NCBI GenBank assembly: GCA_964016885.1
Contig: CAXHJY010001630.1
Span: 2,068-66,067, forward strand
Direction of reading: 5' to 3'
From: Eledone cirrhosa
Lineage: Eukaryota
DNA length: 64,000 bases
Part shown: piece after piece, positions 23,805-36,292 of the stretch
Position numbering within the stretch: position 1 is the stretch's first letter
Layout: each line of letters opens with the position of its first letter
Notes under the pieces: generated by a model
Told to the model about the DNA's origin: nothing
Database searches by the model: none
Seen by the model: the letters and a program-made list of their open reading frames with translations, nothing else
Made by a program: the position numbers and the translations under genes

Positions 23805-24780
23805 AATAATAATTGTTTCTACTTTTGGCACAAGGCCAGCAATTACCCAGTACATTACTAGTACTTTATTTTATCGACCCCGTAAGTATGAAAGGCAAAG
23901 TTAACCTCCGCGGGATTTGAACTCAGACCGTAAAGGGACGTAACTAGGCTGGAAAGCATGGCGTCCGAGTCTCTACCACAAATAATAATAATGGTTTCTG
24001 ATTTAGGCACAAGGCCAGTGATTTGGGGGGAGGGGAAAGTCGATTAAATCGACCCCAGTACATTAGTGTTGCTTTATTTTATCTACCCCATAAGGATGAA
24101 AGACGAAGCTAACCTCGGTAGGATTTGAACTCAGAACGTAAAGGGCCGTAACTCTGTGCCACTAAGCATGTTGTTTGACACTTTACTGATTCTGCTAATC
24201 TATAATAATAATTGTTTCTACTTTTGGCACAAGGCCAGCAATTACCCAATGCATTACTGGTACTTTATTCTATCGACCCCGGAAGGATGAAAGGTAAAGT
24301 TAACCTCGGCGGGATTTGAACTCAGATCATACAATAATAATGGTTTCTCATTTAGGCACGAGGCCAACAATTTGGGGGGAAGGGAAAATCGATTAAATTG
24401 ACCCCAGTGTGTTACTGGTACTTTATTTTATCGACCCTGTAAGGATGAAAGGCAAAGCTAACCTCGGCGGGATTTGAACTCAGAACGTAAAGAGCCATAA
24501 CTCTATACTGCAAAGCATGGTGTCTGACGCTCTAGTGATACTGCCAATCCACCGCCTTATAATAATCTATGATTTCTAGTATAGGTACAAGGCCAGTAAT
24601 TTGGAGGGAGGGGAAAGTCGATTAAGTCGACCCCAGTACGATACTGGTGCTTTATTTTATCAACCCGTAAGGATGAAAAGCAAAGTTAACGTTAGCGAGA
24701 CCCGAAATCAGAACGTAAAGGACCATAACTCTATGCTACAAAGCATGGTGTCTTACACTCTACCAATACTGCCAATAATA
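23805..24780 (-). mobile_element. Head-to-tail cluster of five tRNA-derived SINEs
   Basis: Repeated GTTCAAATCCC B-box and the TTTGCCTTTCATCC..GGGGTCGATAAAATAAAGTACCAGT core with (ATT)n tails. Same family at 1591-1775, 47305-47395, 50280-50490 and 51995-52550. Confidence 0.85.
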
Positions 24781-25783
24781 ATAGTAGTAGAAGATATAGT
24801 TTAAGAAAAAAATAACAGTGTAGACTTATTCCGTGCTTGCCAAACAAAGGGTTAGGAGGACTTTCAGTTGAGTCAAAGACATGACAACCTCTCCTGTGCA
24901 CTCAATAGAACATAAGACCATACATAAGCAAGATACAGCTTTCTGGCCTGTCTGGGATGTCAGTGGCTTTGCTTCAGTACTGATTTATGCATCTTTTGTT
25001 AAATTTTATTTAAAATACCATCTTAATAATTCTTTCTAACATTGGTGCAAAACCAGCAGATTTGGGGGAAAAGAAAGTCTATTATATTGACTCCTCAGTA
25101 TTTAACTGGTACTTTATTTTATCAGCCCCAGAAGGATGAGAGGAAAAGTTGACTATGGTGGGATGGATTTGAACACACAAAGTAAAAAGCTGAAACAAAT
25201 ACTGCTAAACCTTTGAAAGGAAATCATTAAAATAAGTAAGAGTAAAACTCTTCAAGGTTGGGCTCCATTACGGGTACAGCTCAATCACCTAACCAAAAAA
25301 ATGAATAAAAATGAAAAATAATTTCTTAGGTATGTGAACCCATAACACCTGTTGGAGTTGTAGGGGTGCCATAGTGACATATGGCATGTCTTGGACATTT
25401 TAAAACCTGAAAGACGTCATCCTCTCTCCAAGTCTGAGCAAAGCCAATTTCTGCCAGAAAAGAAGAGAAAAAGTGGAAGTGACAAAAAGATATAGAAGAA
25501 GAGTCAACCCCTCTATGGGACTGTTATTTCATGACCTAGCAAGGATGAAAAGCAGAATTTGAACTCGGAGCGTAGAGAGCCAGAATGAATACTTGAAAGC
25601 ATTCTATCTGACATTCTAATGACTCTTAAGCATGTAGCCATAAGTAAATGGAGTTATTCTTCTTACATAAAAATAGATTGTACTGCCTGAACTCAAAACT
25701 CATGTGACAAAATTCTAATATTATCTATTTGGTTACTTTTCTTTCAAACACAAATAAAATATAACAAAAAAAAAAATGTTCAC

Positions 25784-25941
25784 CGTTTTGCAGCCTTTCC
25801 ATTTCTCAGAAGCCATTCCACTAATTCTTTTCCTGTCACACAATGTTGGTAGGTTTTTAAACGAAATCGGTGGCTCTGCATTTCAACACCATCTTTTGGA
25901 TGCTGAATTTGACGCCAAAGTTCACGTAATTGCAGAGAATT
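25784..25941 (-). CDS. PIKFYVE: PIKfyve exon 7, DEP domain first half (LRELWRQIQHPKDGVEMQSHRFRLKTYQHCVTGKELVEWLL)
   Basis: DEP signature HRxRLKTYxxC..GKELVEWL; ttacag acceptor and gtgaac donor, phase 0-2. Confidence 0.95.
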
Positions 25942-26499
25942 CTGTAACAAAGACAAAGCATTAATATTCATCATCATGCAGAAGAGAAGAGGAAATCTTT
26001 GAAACAGAATTTGTCTGTGATTACAAGAGAGATCATCATCATCATCATTTCATTTTACGTCCGCTTTTTCCCTGCTTGCAAGGGTGGGACGGGAACTGAT
26101 TCTGGCTTGATTTCTACAGCTGGATGCCCTTCCTAACACCAACCTCATTTACAGTGAGTGCTGGGTGCTTTTTTGCCGTGGCACCTCCACGACCACTTTG
26201 CAGTGGAATGATAGGGACACCTGCCCCTATCATCTCATTTCTACAGCTGAGTAAACTGGAGCAATGTGAAATAAAGTGTCTTGCTCAAGGAAACAACACA
26301 TCACCCGGTCTGAGAATTGAACTCACAACCTTTCGATTGCAAGGCCAATGCTCTAACCACTAAGCCATGTGCCTCCATCAGATACTGATTCAAAATAAAA
26401 ACAACAAATATTTTGTCTAAATTGTTAATTTAGAAGTGGGAGTTAATGCAACTCATAGTCCTTCATTGTAAGAAATGTCGCTACATTACAAAAACAACG

Positions 26500-26822
26500 T
26501 TAGTGGTTAGAGCAATGAGTTTACAATAGTTAGGTCGTGAGTTCAATTCCCAGACTGGGTGGTATGTTGTGTCCGGTAGCAAGACACTTTATTTCATGTT
26601 ACTCCAATTCACTCAGTTGGTAAAATGAATTGCAATGACAGCGGTCACAAGCTGTATTGGCCACTGCCTTTTCTTTGGACAACATTGGTGGTGTGGAGGG
26701 GGCACACTGACATATGTAGGCGACTGCTGGTCTTCCACAAAAACGCTTTACTCAGGCTTGTGCCTCAGAGGGGAACTTTTTAGGTATAAAGCTTATGGTT
26801 ATTCGTAACTGCAGGGGGTCTT
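26500..26822 (+). mobile_element. tRNA-derived CORE-like SINE
   Basis: GTGGTTAGAGC A-box, GTTCAATTCC B-box and GCAAGACACTTTATTTCA core. Relatives at 26235-26375 (-), 33225-33500 (+) and 22270-22560 (+). Confidence 0.7.
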
Positions 26823-27010
26823 TTTAGATATGTAAATAACATTAAATTTTTCAGTTAGAGCAAAAGAATTTAATAAATTTAAACCTGAGTTCAATGTGCA
26901 CTGGCGAAAAACACTTAATAAAGTATGAAAATCTGAATAAGTGTGTATGTCTGCATACAAACCTATTCAAATTGGTAAAATTGATGATAAATAAATAAAT
27001 AGTTAGTTAC

Positions 27011-27137
27011 CTGTGTTAGTTTCCTACTTTCATTTGCAATATTTTCAAAACTAGCAAATTCTGGTTGATGAGTGAGGTCAAAAGGTGCCGATGCCTTGTT
27101 TGTCTCTCCATTGGTAATATCTGGGGAACTGTGAGAC
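27011..27137 (-). CDS. PIKFYVE: PIKfyve exon 6 (SHSSPDITNGE...ESRKLTQ)
   Basis: Poly-T ctag acceptor, gtaact donor, phase 2-0, open frame bridging exons 5 and 7. Confidence 0.85.
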
Positions 27138-28749
27138 CTAGAAAAAAAAATTTAAATAACAATAATGAATTCTTTACATAGGCACACCTAAAGGACATAT
27201 TTAGACAAGAGAACATTAATTGTAAGGCAGCAGCTGTGAGATAATATTAATGTAACTAAACTGTACTACAAAAGAATATGTCTAAAAGATTTTTGCAAAC
27301 ACTGCATGTATCTTCTTCATTAGTTCTTTTGCTCCCCATGGAGCATTGGGCGATGAGAGATCTCCATTCTGAACAGTTGCAAGCCTTGTCACAGGCATGC
27401 TTCTAGGCCAGGTATCTGTTTCTTGTTTCTGTAGCAAGTCTGATTAATAGAAGTAGGGTTACTAACCTCAAGCTCCATTGTATGTATAGACGTATGTAAA
27501 CACTTTGCCTGTATATACACTATCATCATCGTTTTTATACCTCCTTTTCCATACTGGCAGCATGGGTTTGGGTGGGATGGTTTGAGGCAATGTTTTGTAC
27601 TGGATGCCCTTCCTGATGCCAACCTGCTTCTTATGACATGTAGGCATACTGAGTATCTATTCTAAAAACTAGGATACACATGACATAAGACAAAATATGA
27701 GTAATCAGCTGAAATAGTTTCAATCATCTTTGGATTTCATCAGTAACTGAATAACCTCTTTAACTATTCATGGGGGAATTTCATCAGTGATGGAGTACCC
27801 TCTTTAACTGGGTGTCATTAATAACTAAGTACATTATTTATATGTCATTAACATCTAAGTACATTATTTAACTATCTATAAACATACTGTTTACAAATCC
27901 ACTACTATTAGTGACTTAAGTAAACTGTAATGACCAATTTGCATATATAACATAATCTTGCCAGCTAGTTCAATTAATAAATATACAAAATCTCACAGTG
28001 TCATGAAAGGTCATTGACATAATATATAAAATAACTGAGCAGTATCTAATAAAACAAAACACACTACTAAAGGGAACAGAAAAAAAGAAGAAAAAACAAA
28101 ATGAAAGGGAGAAAAAGAAAGAAGGATCAAGCAGTGAAAGAAAAAGAGGGAGAAGGACAGTCACTACACCCCAGTCTGAGAGGTGCCGCAGCCATGCCCC
28201 ATGGACAAGACAGCAAAAGTGTTACTGCAGAGAATGGCCAGAGACCCCACCTCATGAGGCTTCCTTCTCAAGCAGGCTGCCATCTTTTCGACTTTATGGA
28301 GGAAATCAGCCGTGCAGGTGACCAAGGATGCCAAAGATCTCAGCAGAGACCAGTGCAAAGAGAAAGAGGTTGGTCAGGCCTCGGTATCTTCCTCTCCTCC
28401 GCATTGAGGGCAGTGGAGCCCAGGTTTATGGACTAAGTGACAAGGTTGGAGACGGAGAACAAGTCACTTCACATCCTGTCACAATTCTCAGTGTGTGTGC
28501 AGTGTTTTGTTTCAATGCTGCACTGTATTACAGAATATATCTATAGATTTTAGCCAATACTGTATGTAATAGATAGTGGAATATATACAATATCTGCAGA
28601 GAGAGAAACAGAGGGATCAACCAGACTAGCTGCAATGTTATACTGTACTACAGAATATATCTAAAAAAAATGTAGCCAACACTGTGTATAAACAGTCTAC
28701 ATAGTTTCCGTTATTTCAAAGTTAATGTGACTGAGAGAGTGATTTTTTT

Positions 28750-29160
28750 CTGGATTGAAAAGAAGAGCTTGCACCTATGGGTTTTCCAAAGTCTTCTGAA
28801 ACCTGTGAGATCAACAGGGTTAATGTTTCTTTTGAATAGTTGAAAGTTAAAGGCTACAGGGAAAACATATGCCGAGAAGAAATACCAGCGGGTTGACATT
28901 TTAGGGAGGAAGGACAGAGCATAGTGGCTAGTGCAGGTCTTGGGGAAAGTGATAAGAAATAAGTAAATTACAGTGTTTAATAGGGCTGGCACAAATCCAG
29001 CCAGCTCCAAAGGATAAAGATCACTGTAGTTGTATTAAAAAGGTAGAGAGAAGAATTATCACATCTGTAGGGAAGATAGATATTGTAGTGCGTTGAGGAG
29101 CATTTTTATGATAAAAACTGTGAAGTGGCCTTTCTTTTGGTGTGGTTTAGGGTGTCTATG
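28750..29160 (-). mobile_element. Degenerate CR1/L2-group LINE 3' fragment
   Basis: SFLPK...W...VFP..FNFQLFKRNIN resembles the CR1/L2-group ORF2 terminus. Confidence 0.5.
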
Positions 29161-29613
29161 TGCTTGTAACACCAAAGAAATTCAAACCCGTGAAACAACA
29201 TTAACCCATTTGATTCCAAACTGCTTGTTTTAAAGTGTTTATCATCATTGTTTTTATGTCAACTTTTCCATGCTGACATAGCTTGGACGGGACTTTTTGA
29301 GGCAATGTTTTACAGCCAGATGCCCTTCCTGGCACAAGCACTTTTAGTCTCTTCTTAAGACATGCAGGGATACGGTGTACCTATTCTAAACTGGATACAC
29401 ACAATTAATGTTTATGTTTATCTAAAAATCTTTCATCATAATTTTATCTAAGAACCTTTCTTTATCTAAGAACTAGCTTAATAATGAGAAATTTAGTTAT
29501 ATTACGAAATCCCTCTAAATTCTTAATTATTTTCAAAAATTATTTGAAAATCATAGTCAGTGTAAATATGGTAATGAAAGGGTTAACCGTAGTCTTTTAA
29601 TTAAATAACTTAC

Positions 29614-29857
29614 CGGCCATGGGGAATTTGTTCATCCATTATTGAAGTAGCGTACCTCTTCTGAAGAACTGGAGTCCACCAACCACTGTCTTTACCACTT
29701 ACTCCACTATTGGAAGGTGGTAAACTCTCCCCACTCTGAAGAGGATTCAAATTCTTTAGGTCATCTTTGAAATTTCGAAGGTCCCCAGAAGTGCTACCTT
29801 GCTGCTTAGTATATGTTGTAACTGCACGACAACAGTACTCACATACTCGCACACCAC
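29614..29857 (-). CDS. PIKFYVE: PIKfyve exon 5 (end of FYVE: GGVRVCEYC...)
   Basis: RVC motif completes the FYVE domain; ttttatag acceptor and gtaagt donor, phase 1-2. Confidence 0.93.
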
Positions 29858-32034
29858 CTATAAAAACAACAATAAAAATATAGTCATTGTTATGTTAAAC
29901 AAAAATAGAATTGGTAGAAAAATAGATAACATGCCTCATGCAGTTCAAATTCCACCAAGATAAACTTTACTTTTCCTACATTTTTTATCTAAATTGTTGG
30001 ATTTGTTCTTAAATTAGAAATTATTATGTCAGATAATACAAAACTGTATTGTGAAGCATTCAACTGAACAGTCTTTTTGAAAACTAACCACCATATCATG
30101 AGATAAGAATGAGATATATCATTGTTTAGATAACTTCATTAAAGTATTGTAAAGTATGGATGTATGGAAGGACCCATACCCCCTGGTAGAGTCGTACAGA
30201 CATCGCAGTGACAAGACATTTCTTGGGCATTTAAAACCTGGTGGAGCTCATCTCTTGCCAGGTCTCAACATAGAGAATGAGTGAGTGAGAGAAAAAGGAA
30301 GTGAGAAAGAGATATAGGGGAAGAATTGATCCCAGTATTGAACAGTAGATTTTTTTATCAACCTTGAAAGGATGAAAGCAAAGTTGACCTAGGAAGAATT
30401 TCAACTCAGAGTGCAGAGAGCCAGAACAAATACTGCAAAGTATTTTATTTGACATTCTAATGACTCTGCCAATTCACTGCCTATTGAGGAGTATAAGAAT
30501 AGCTAAACAGATACTTGATGCTTACCTAGAATACTAAATGTGTCTGTGAACTCAATATGACGTATTCATTTAATTAATCTTCTTATCTTATTGAACTGCA
30601 CGAGTTAGCATTTAAAATAAATGAGCACGTGACCCTTGTACAAAAGATAAAGCCGAAATAGTAGTGTGGTAACTAAGTTTCCTAAGTTCTAGGAGTTAGA
30701 TTTGAAGTCCATACACTATAAGTTCAAACCATTACATAGACTAATCTATCATGACAAGGTCAGTTCAAGTTAACATTTTCAACCACAGAAGTCATTATCA
30801 CCATATAGTGTTATCATTGTTTAGCATCCATTTTCTCTGCTATGAAGGGCTGGATGTGTCATCACAGACCAGTCAGTACTCAAGTTACAGCAATTACCTT
30901 CAGATGGGTTGGATGCCCAATATATGATCCTATGTTCTACTGAGTGTATGTTATGTCCTTGATTTAGCTGAAGAGTCCTCACAACCTTTTAGCAGCTTTT
31001 CTATGGATGGATGCTTTCTTATCACAAACTATTTTAGGAATTTTTCTAACTAATGCTAGTATGGAAAAATAACAATGAAAATTATATAGCTTTGTTTGAA
31101 ACAGTTCAGCAATAAAAAAAAAACAATAATACTAAAGAACATCAAATGGAACTAAAGTATTTGCATAGTTGATTAATACAATATCTAGATTTGATTCTTG
31201 TTCAATAGTACCATAGGATTTGCCTATCTAGACAGCAGCTGTCCAACTAAAAGTCATATAAACATTATATATAAATAATAATCCTTTAATATTTAAACCG
31301 GCCATATCCAGCCAGAATTCTCTCACCTCTTTCTGTTCAAACTGGCCATAACTAGTCACTCATACTGATATTAAGGTATTGTTCTCAAAATAACATCAAA
31401 ATCTCATAGATTCGATATTATGTAAGATAAAGCCTTTACTACGAATATACAATAGTAAATATAGAGAAATATAAATGCTAAAGGGTTAACTTCAGAATAT
31501 CGCAAGATAGCTACCAAATATCAGTGACAGATGTTAACTAGGGATACTAAAACCTTAGAGAGAAAGAATTCATGTACAGATGCTCATGTTCAAATACTTC
31601 ATTAGAAAATTGATAAAACAATTGAAAATGATGACAATTATAGTTGTAAATGTATCTATATATTACTAAAACTCTGTGGTTGCTTGCTTGTCTGTAATAC
31701 AGCCAAAAGAGTGCATAATGGGAAAATACTTTGAAAGGAAGTTGCCCCTGAAATGGCAATACAAATGGAATAAAACAAGTTTCACGTAAATTGGACCACG
31801 GGTTCCGGAGATATGGCGTACCTTCAGAACAAAGAGAGAGAAAGATAGAGAGAAAGAGATAGTGGTTGTGACAGAGTAGATTGAAAGAGAAACATAGAGA
31901 GAGGAAGAAGAGACAGAGAAGGAGAATGGAAGAGAGCTGGTGGTGTTGTTGTGTATATATGTGTGTGTGTGTCTATGACCAACGCATATAGATCACAGAC
32001 ACCCACATACATATATATACACACACACACACAC

Positions 32035-32325
32035 ATCATCATCATCATTTTATGTCCGCTTTTCCCTGCTTGCAAGGGTTGGACGAGTCCTATTCAGTAC
32101 AGCATCTCTCCACTTGTCACGGTCCTTCGTCATCTCCTCGGTGAGTTTCAGCGATCTGAGGTCAGCTCTCACCATCTCCACCCATGTTTTAAGTGGTCTA
32201 CTTCTACTGCGTCTTCCTTCTGGTGGGATTTCTTGGCACTTCTTTAACCGACTGTCATCCTCCATGTGCATCACATGTTCATACCATCTCAGCCTTCTCT
32301 CCTGCACACCACAACTTATCCCTCT
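32035..32325 (-). mobile_element. RTE LINE 3' fragment
   Basis: ERRLRWYEHV...RPLKTWVE; (CAT)n tail. Confidence 0.82.
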
Positions 32326-32399
32326 TATACATATATGTATATATATACATATATGTATATGTATACACACATACATATATGTATATGTATACACACATA

Positions 32400-33058
32400 T
32401 AGCATCACTCAGCAAAACTTTTGTCAGCCGCTCTCCAGCTATCTATTTAAAGCTTTACATGGCTATGGTGCGGCCACACTTAGAATTTGCATCACCAGTC
32501 TGGAACCCCTATCTTGATCAGAACATTGACCGCCTGGAAACTGTTCAGAGACGTGCAACCAAGTGAATACCCTCCATCAGGCATCTACCATACTCTGAAC
32601 GCCTTGCTTCCCTGGGCATGGATACATTGAAGCTCCGATGCCTGGCAACTGACTTGGTAAACACCCACAAAGTTATTAACCATCTTGCCAACAACAACCC
32701 TGAGTACCTTTTTGATTTCCATGTGTCTAACACACATGGGCATGCCCACAAAGTCAGAAAACAGCACAGCTCCCATGACTTTCGGAAACATTTTTTCGCA
32801 CTCAGAGTTGCTGAAGCATGGAACAAACTACCTGCATCAGTTGTTAACTGTCGAGACACTGCATCCTTTAAAACCTCCATGTTTCCCGAGATTCGCCAAC
32901 ACTACACCTAATGTTCCCCCTCCATACACATACACACATGTATATCATGACTCATACACTATTCACTTCTCTGACATTTGTGTATTATTCTATGTACTAT
33001 ACATGCACCTTTGACGAGTTGTAGTGCACCTGAGCACTTTACACAATAATTTCATTAT
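32400..33058 (+). mobile_element. CR1-clade LINE 3' end
   Basis: LY..MVRPHLEFASPVWNPY...LETVQRRATK, YSERL, RKHFFALRVAEAWNKLP. Confidence 0.9.
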
Positions 33059-33591
33059 CTTATATATATATATATGGGCCTTCCAGTTTCATTTCACATT
33101 ATATACATGTCTGTGTATATTTTAATTATTTATAAATTATTTTTAAGTGAACATGATTTTAAAAAAATATTTTGAAGTGAATGTGACCCAACGGGTCTCA
33201 GGTGGTCTAGTATCTTATAAAGAGGTACATGGCTTGGTGATTAGGGTGTTTGACTCACAATTGTAAGATTATGAGTTCAATTCTCGGTAATGTGTTGTGT
33301 GATTAAGCAACTTTATTTCTCATTGCTCCAGTCCACTCAGCTGCAGAAAAAAAGAGTGGTATCTGTAATCCAAAAAGTCAACCTTGTCACATTCTGTATT
33401 ATGCTGAATCTCCCTGACAACTATGCTAAGAGTACACATCTCTGTGGAATGCTCAGCCACTTATACAAACTATTCTGTTGTTCAAACAACTAGACAACTG
33501 GATCCAATGGAGGTTCAACAACAGTAGCAGCAGCAACAACAACCAAATCAAAAGCAACAACACCAACAACAACAACAAATGAATGCCTTAC

Positions 33592-33766
33592 CTCTGTGCC
33601 CCATGATCTTTCCTGGTAATTCTTGATTACAGCATTTGCTGCAAAAGATCTGGCCACAGATCCGGCAGTGGTGGCGTCTTCTTAAGGTGGTGAATTTATC
33701 ACCACAGTCATAGCATTCCCGACAACTGCTATCAGGCATCCAATATTGCTTAAAATCACTTTCTTT
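33592..33766 (-). CDS. PIKFYVE: PIKfyve exon 4, FYVE zinc finger (KESDFKQYWMPDSSCRECYDC...RRRHHCRICGQIFCSKCC)
   Basis: WxxD and RRHHCR FYVE signatures in the PIKfyve-type KQYWMPDS context; tgtag acceptor and gtaagg donor, phase 0-1. Confidence 0.97.
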
Positions 33767-33829
33767 CTACAATAATATCAAATAAACAATATTCATATAC
33801 AATACCTATGTTTTATATCATAGTATGTG

Positions 33830-33872
33830 TGTGCATGGTTATGTGTAGTTGAACATGGACCAGGTTCAATAT

Positions 33873-33936
<64 letters not shown>

Positions 33937-34098
33937 ATGCTTATGTGTAGTTGAACATGGACCAGGTTCAATATCAATGTGTGTGTGTGTGTGTGTGTGC
34001 ATGTTTATGTGTAGTTGAGCATGGACCAGGTTCAATATCAGTGTGTGTGTGTGTGTGTGCATGCTTATGTGAATTTGAGCATGGACCAGGTTCAATAT

Positions 34099-34161
<63 letters not shown>

Positions 34162-34445
34162 TATGTGAAGTTGAGCATGGACCAGGTTCAATATCAGTGT
34201 GTGTACATGTGTGTGTGTGTATGTGTGCATGCTTAATGTGTAGTTGAATATGGACCAGGTTCAATATCTGTGTGTGTGTGTGTGTGTGTGTGCATGCTTA
34301 ATGTGTAGTTGAATATGGACCAGGTTCAATATCAGTGTGTGTGTGTGTGCATGTGTGTGTGTGTGTGTATGTGTGCATGCATGTATGTAGTTGAGCATGG
34401 ACCAGGTTCAATGTCAGTGTGTGAGTGCATGTGTGTGTGTCTGTG
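33830..34445. repeat. Compound array: 8 copies of a ~45-bp unit with a near-palindromic core, separated by variable (GT)n
   Basis: TTGA(A/G)(C/T)ATGGACCAGGTTCAAT recurs at ~33849, 33951, 34015, 34075, 34171, 34244, 34309 and 34391. Confidence 0.93.
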
Positions 34446-35422
34446 TGTAGAACAATAGTGTGACAACTTTCAGTTGTAATATATAATTTTAGTCTTATAT
34501 CTAGAGAAGGATTTAACACTTAATTCGTAATGATTTAGTAGAAAATATCTAAAAACTGGTTTATTGATTCAAATGTTTGTAATATCTTTACAAGTAGACA
34601 GCTTGTTTTGAAAATTTGCAGAAAACTAAAGTAAATACTTTAATTCTTAATGTGATGCAGTCATGATGTTGTTTTGTACTTTTCAATAATGTCATGCTAA
34701 TGTGGTTTCATACAGTAGAGGATGTTAAGAGTTAAACACATACATATGTAGATGCCAGGTTGAATGATAGAATACAGTTGTGTAGTGAAACCAAGGTAAG
34801 TTATTATGGATATTCTTGATTATAAGTCATGATAATGTGATCCAAAGCAAACAATAGAAATACTTCTGACTTTCACCTGTCAACATGACATGTACATTTA
34901 AATGTTGTACTCAGAAACACAAAACAACACCCGATTCTTCTTCATCATCTTCATCATCATCATCATTTAACATCTGTTTTCCCTGCAAGCAAGGATTGAA
35001 CAAGTCCCCACAGGCCAAGACAATATTTAATTGGAGCCACTGATCTCTCAGATGAACCAAGAGCTGCATCTCACTTGCACACGTTCCTACACTTTACGTA
35101 GTGCACCAGCTATATTCTATCATGTCACCAACACTAAAGAGGTTGTCATGGTTTTGACTCTTTGTTTGGCAAGTTTTCTATGGCCGGATGCCCTTCACAT
35201 CACCAACCCCCTTACAGAGTAGACTGGGTGCATTTTATTGTATCCTTCACAGAGCATATGAGCAAGACATGGTCACGTGACCAGTCTATCCTCATAACGT
35301 CACAGCCCGTCCAACCCATGCAAGCATGGAAAATATACATTAAACAATGATGATGATGATATTCATCTAAATGTAATTCAGAAGATAATGACTATGAGAA
35401 TTGCTGTTAAAAACTGACTTAC

Positions 35423-35559
35423 GGAGCTCCCCCTGTCTAAAATACTGCTGATGCGACTAAGAACACTAGTTAGACTTCGACGCTGAGGATTCATCGGACT
35501 ATCAGGATGTTTTGTCTGTAGTTCAGCATCCTCAGAGATGCTGCTTTCTTCCTCCATCT
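35423..35559 (-). CDS. PIKFYVE: PIKfyve exon 3 (EMEEESS...RRSLTSVLSRISSILDRGSS)
   Basis: tttgcag acceptor, gtaagt donor, phase 1-0. The SVLSR motif precedes the FYVE domain in PIKfyve. Confidence 0.88.
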
Positions 35560-36292
35560 CTGCAAACATCAAAGAAAAAACAACATTATGATACTACAGA
35601 GTCATAAACACAGTATTTTTCCAGAACATAAATGAAAAATAAATAATAATGTATATTTATCTATATATGTATGTATATGAGAATTAAGCAAGAAAATAAT
35701 CACGCTCACATATTCATATTACTCCCAGGTCATGCAAGACACATATTTAACAAAAATATCGAAATATTAATTAATTCAACTATCAATATTTAAACTTAAT
35801 CCCACTTGATAAAAGAAATGATAGAATACAATAGGCATTCTTTCTTTAACAAATAAGATGACATCTATAAACTAAAATGTTCACGGTTGATAAGCATATA
35901 ATGGCCGGAACCATAAAACCAAGAATATTCTAGTATTTATTATTAATTCATTGTAGAGTCATCATCATCATCATTTTACGTCCGCTTTTCCCTGCTTGCA
36001 AGGGTGGGACGGGAACTGATTCTGGCTTGATTTCTACAGCTGGATGCCCTTCCTAACACCAACCTCATTTACAGTGAGTGCTGGGTGCTTTTTTTTTTTG
36101 GCGTGTCACCTACAGGTCCACTTTACAGTGGAATGATAGGGACTCCAGTCCCTATCATCTCATTTCTACAGCTGAATAAACTGGAGCAATGTGAAATAAA
36201 GTGTCATGCTCAAGGAAATAACACATCAAAGAATAATAATAAAAAAGGAGTATAAACTATTAAATAATTTTATGCAATAAATAGATATCTTA

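Larger units (their letters stand above)
31655..33210 (+). mobile_element. Non-autonomous Helitron with nested RTE and CR1 fragments
   Basis: A|TCTATATATTACTAAAA 5' end; 3' hairpin GACCC-AAC-GGGTC followed ~10 nt later by CTAG|T; inserted between A and T with no target duplication. Confidence 0.7.

Noticed and set aside
28101-28470. GC-richer island with a 111-aa ORF
   Set aside because: No recognisable motif or fitting splice pattern; probably a decayed transposon fragment.
33830-34445. CRISPR array or His/Thr-rich protein
   Set aside because: The spacers are (GT)n microsatellite and the ORFs are repeat translations; kept only as a compound repeat.
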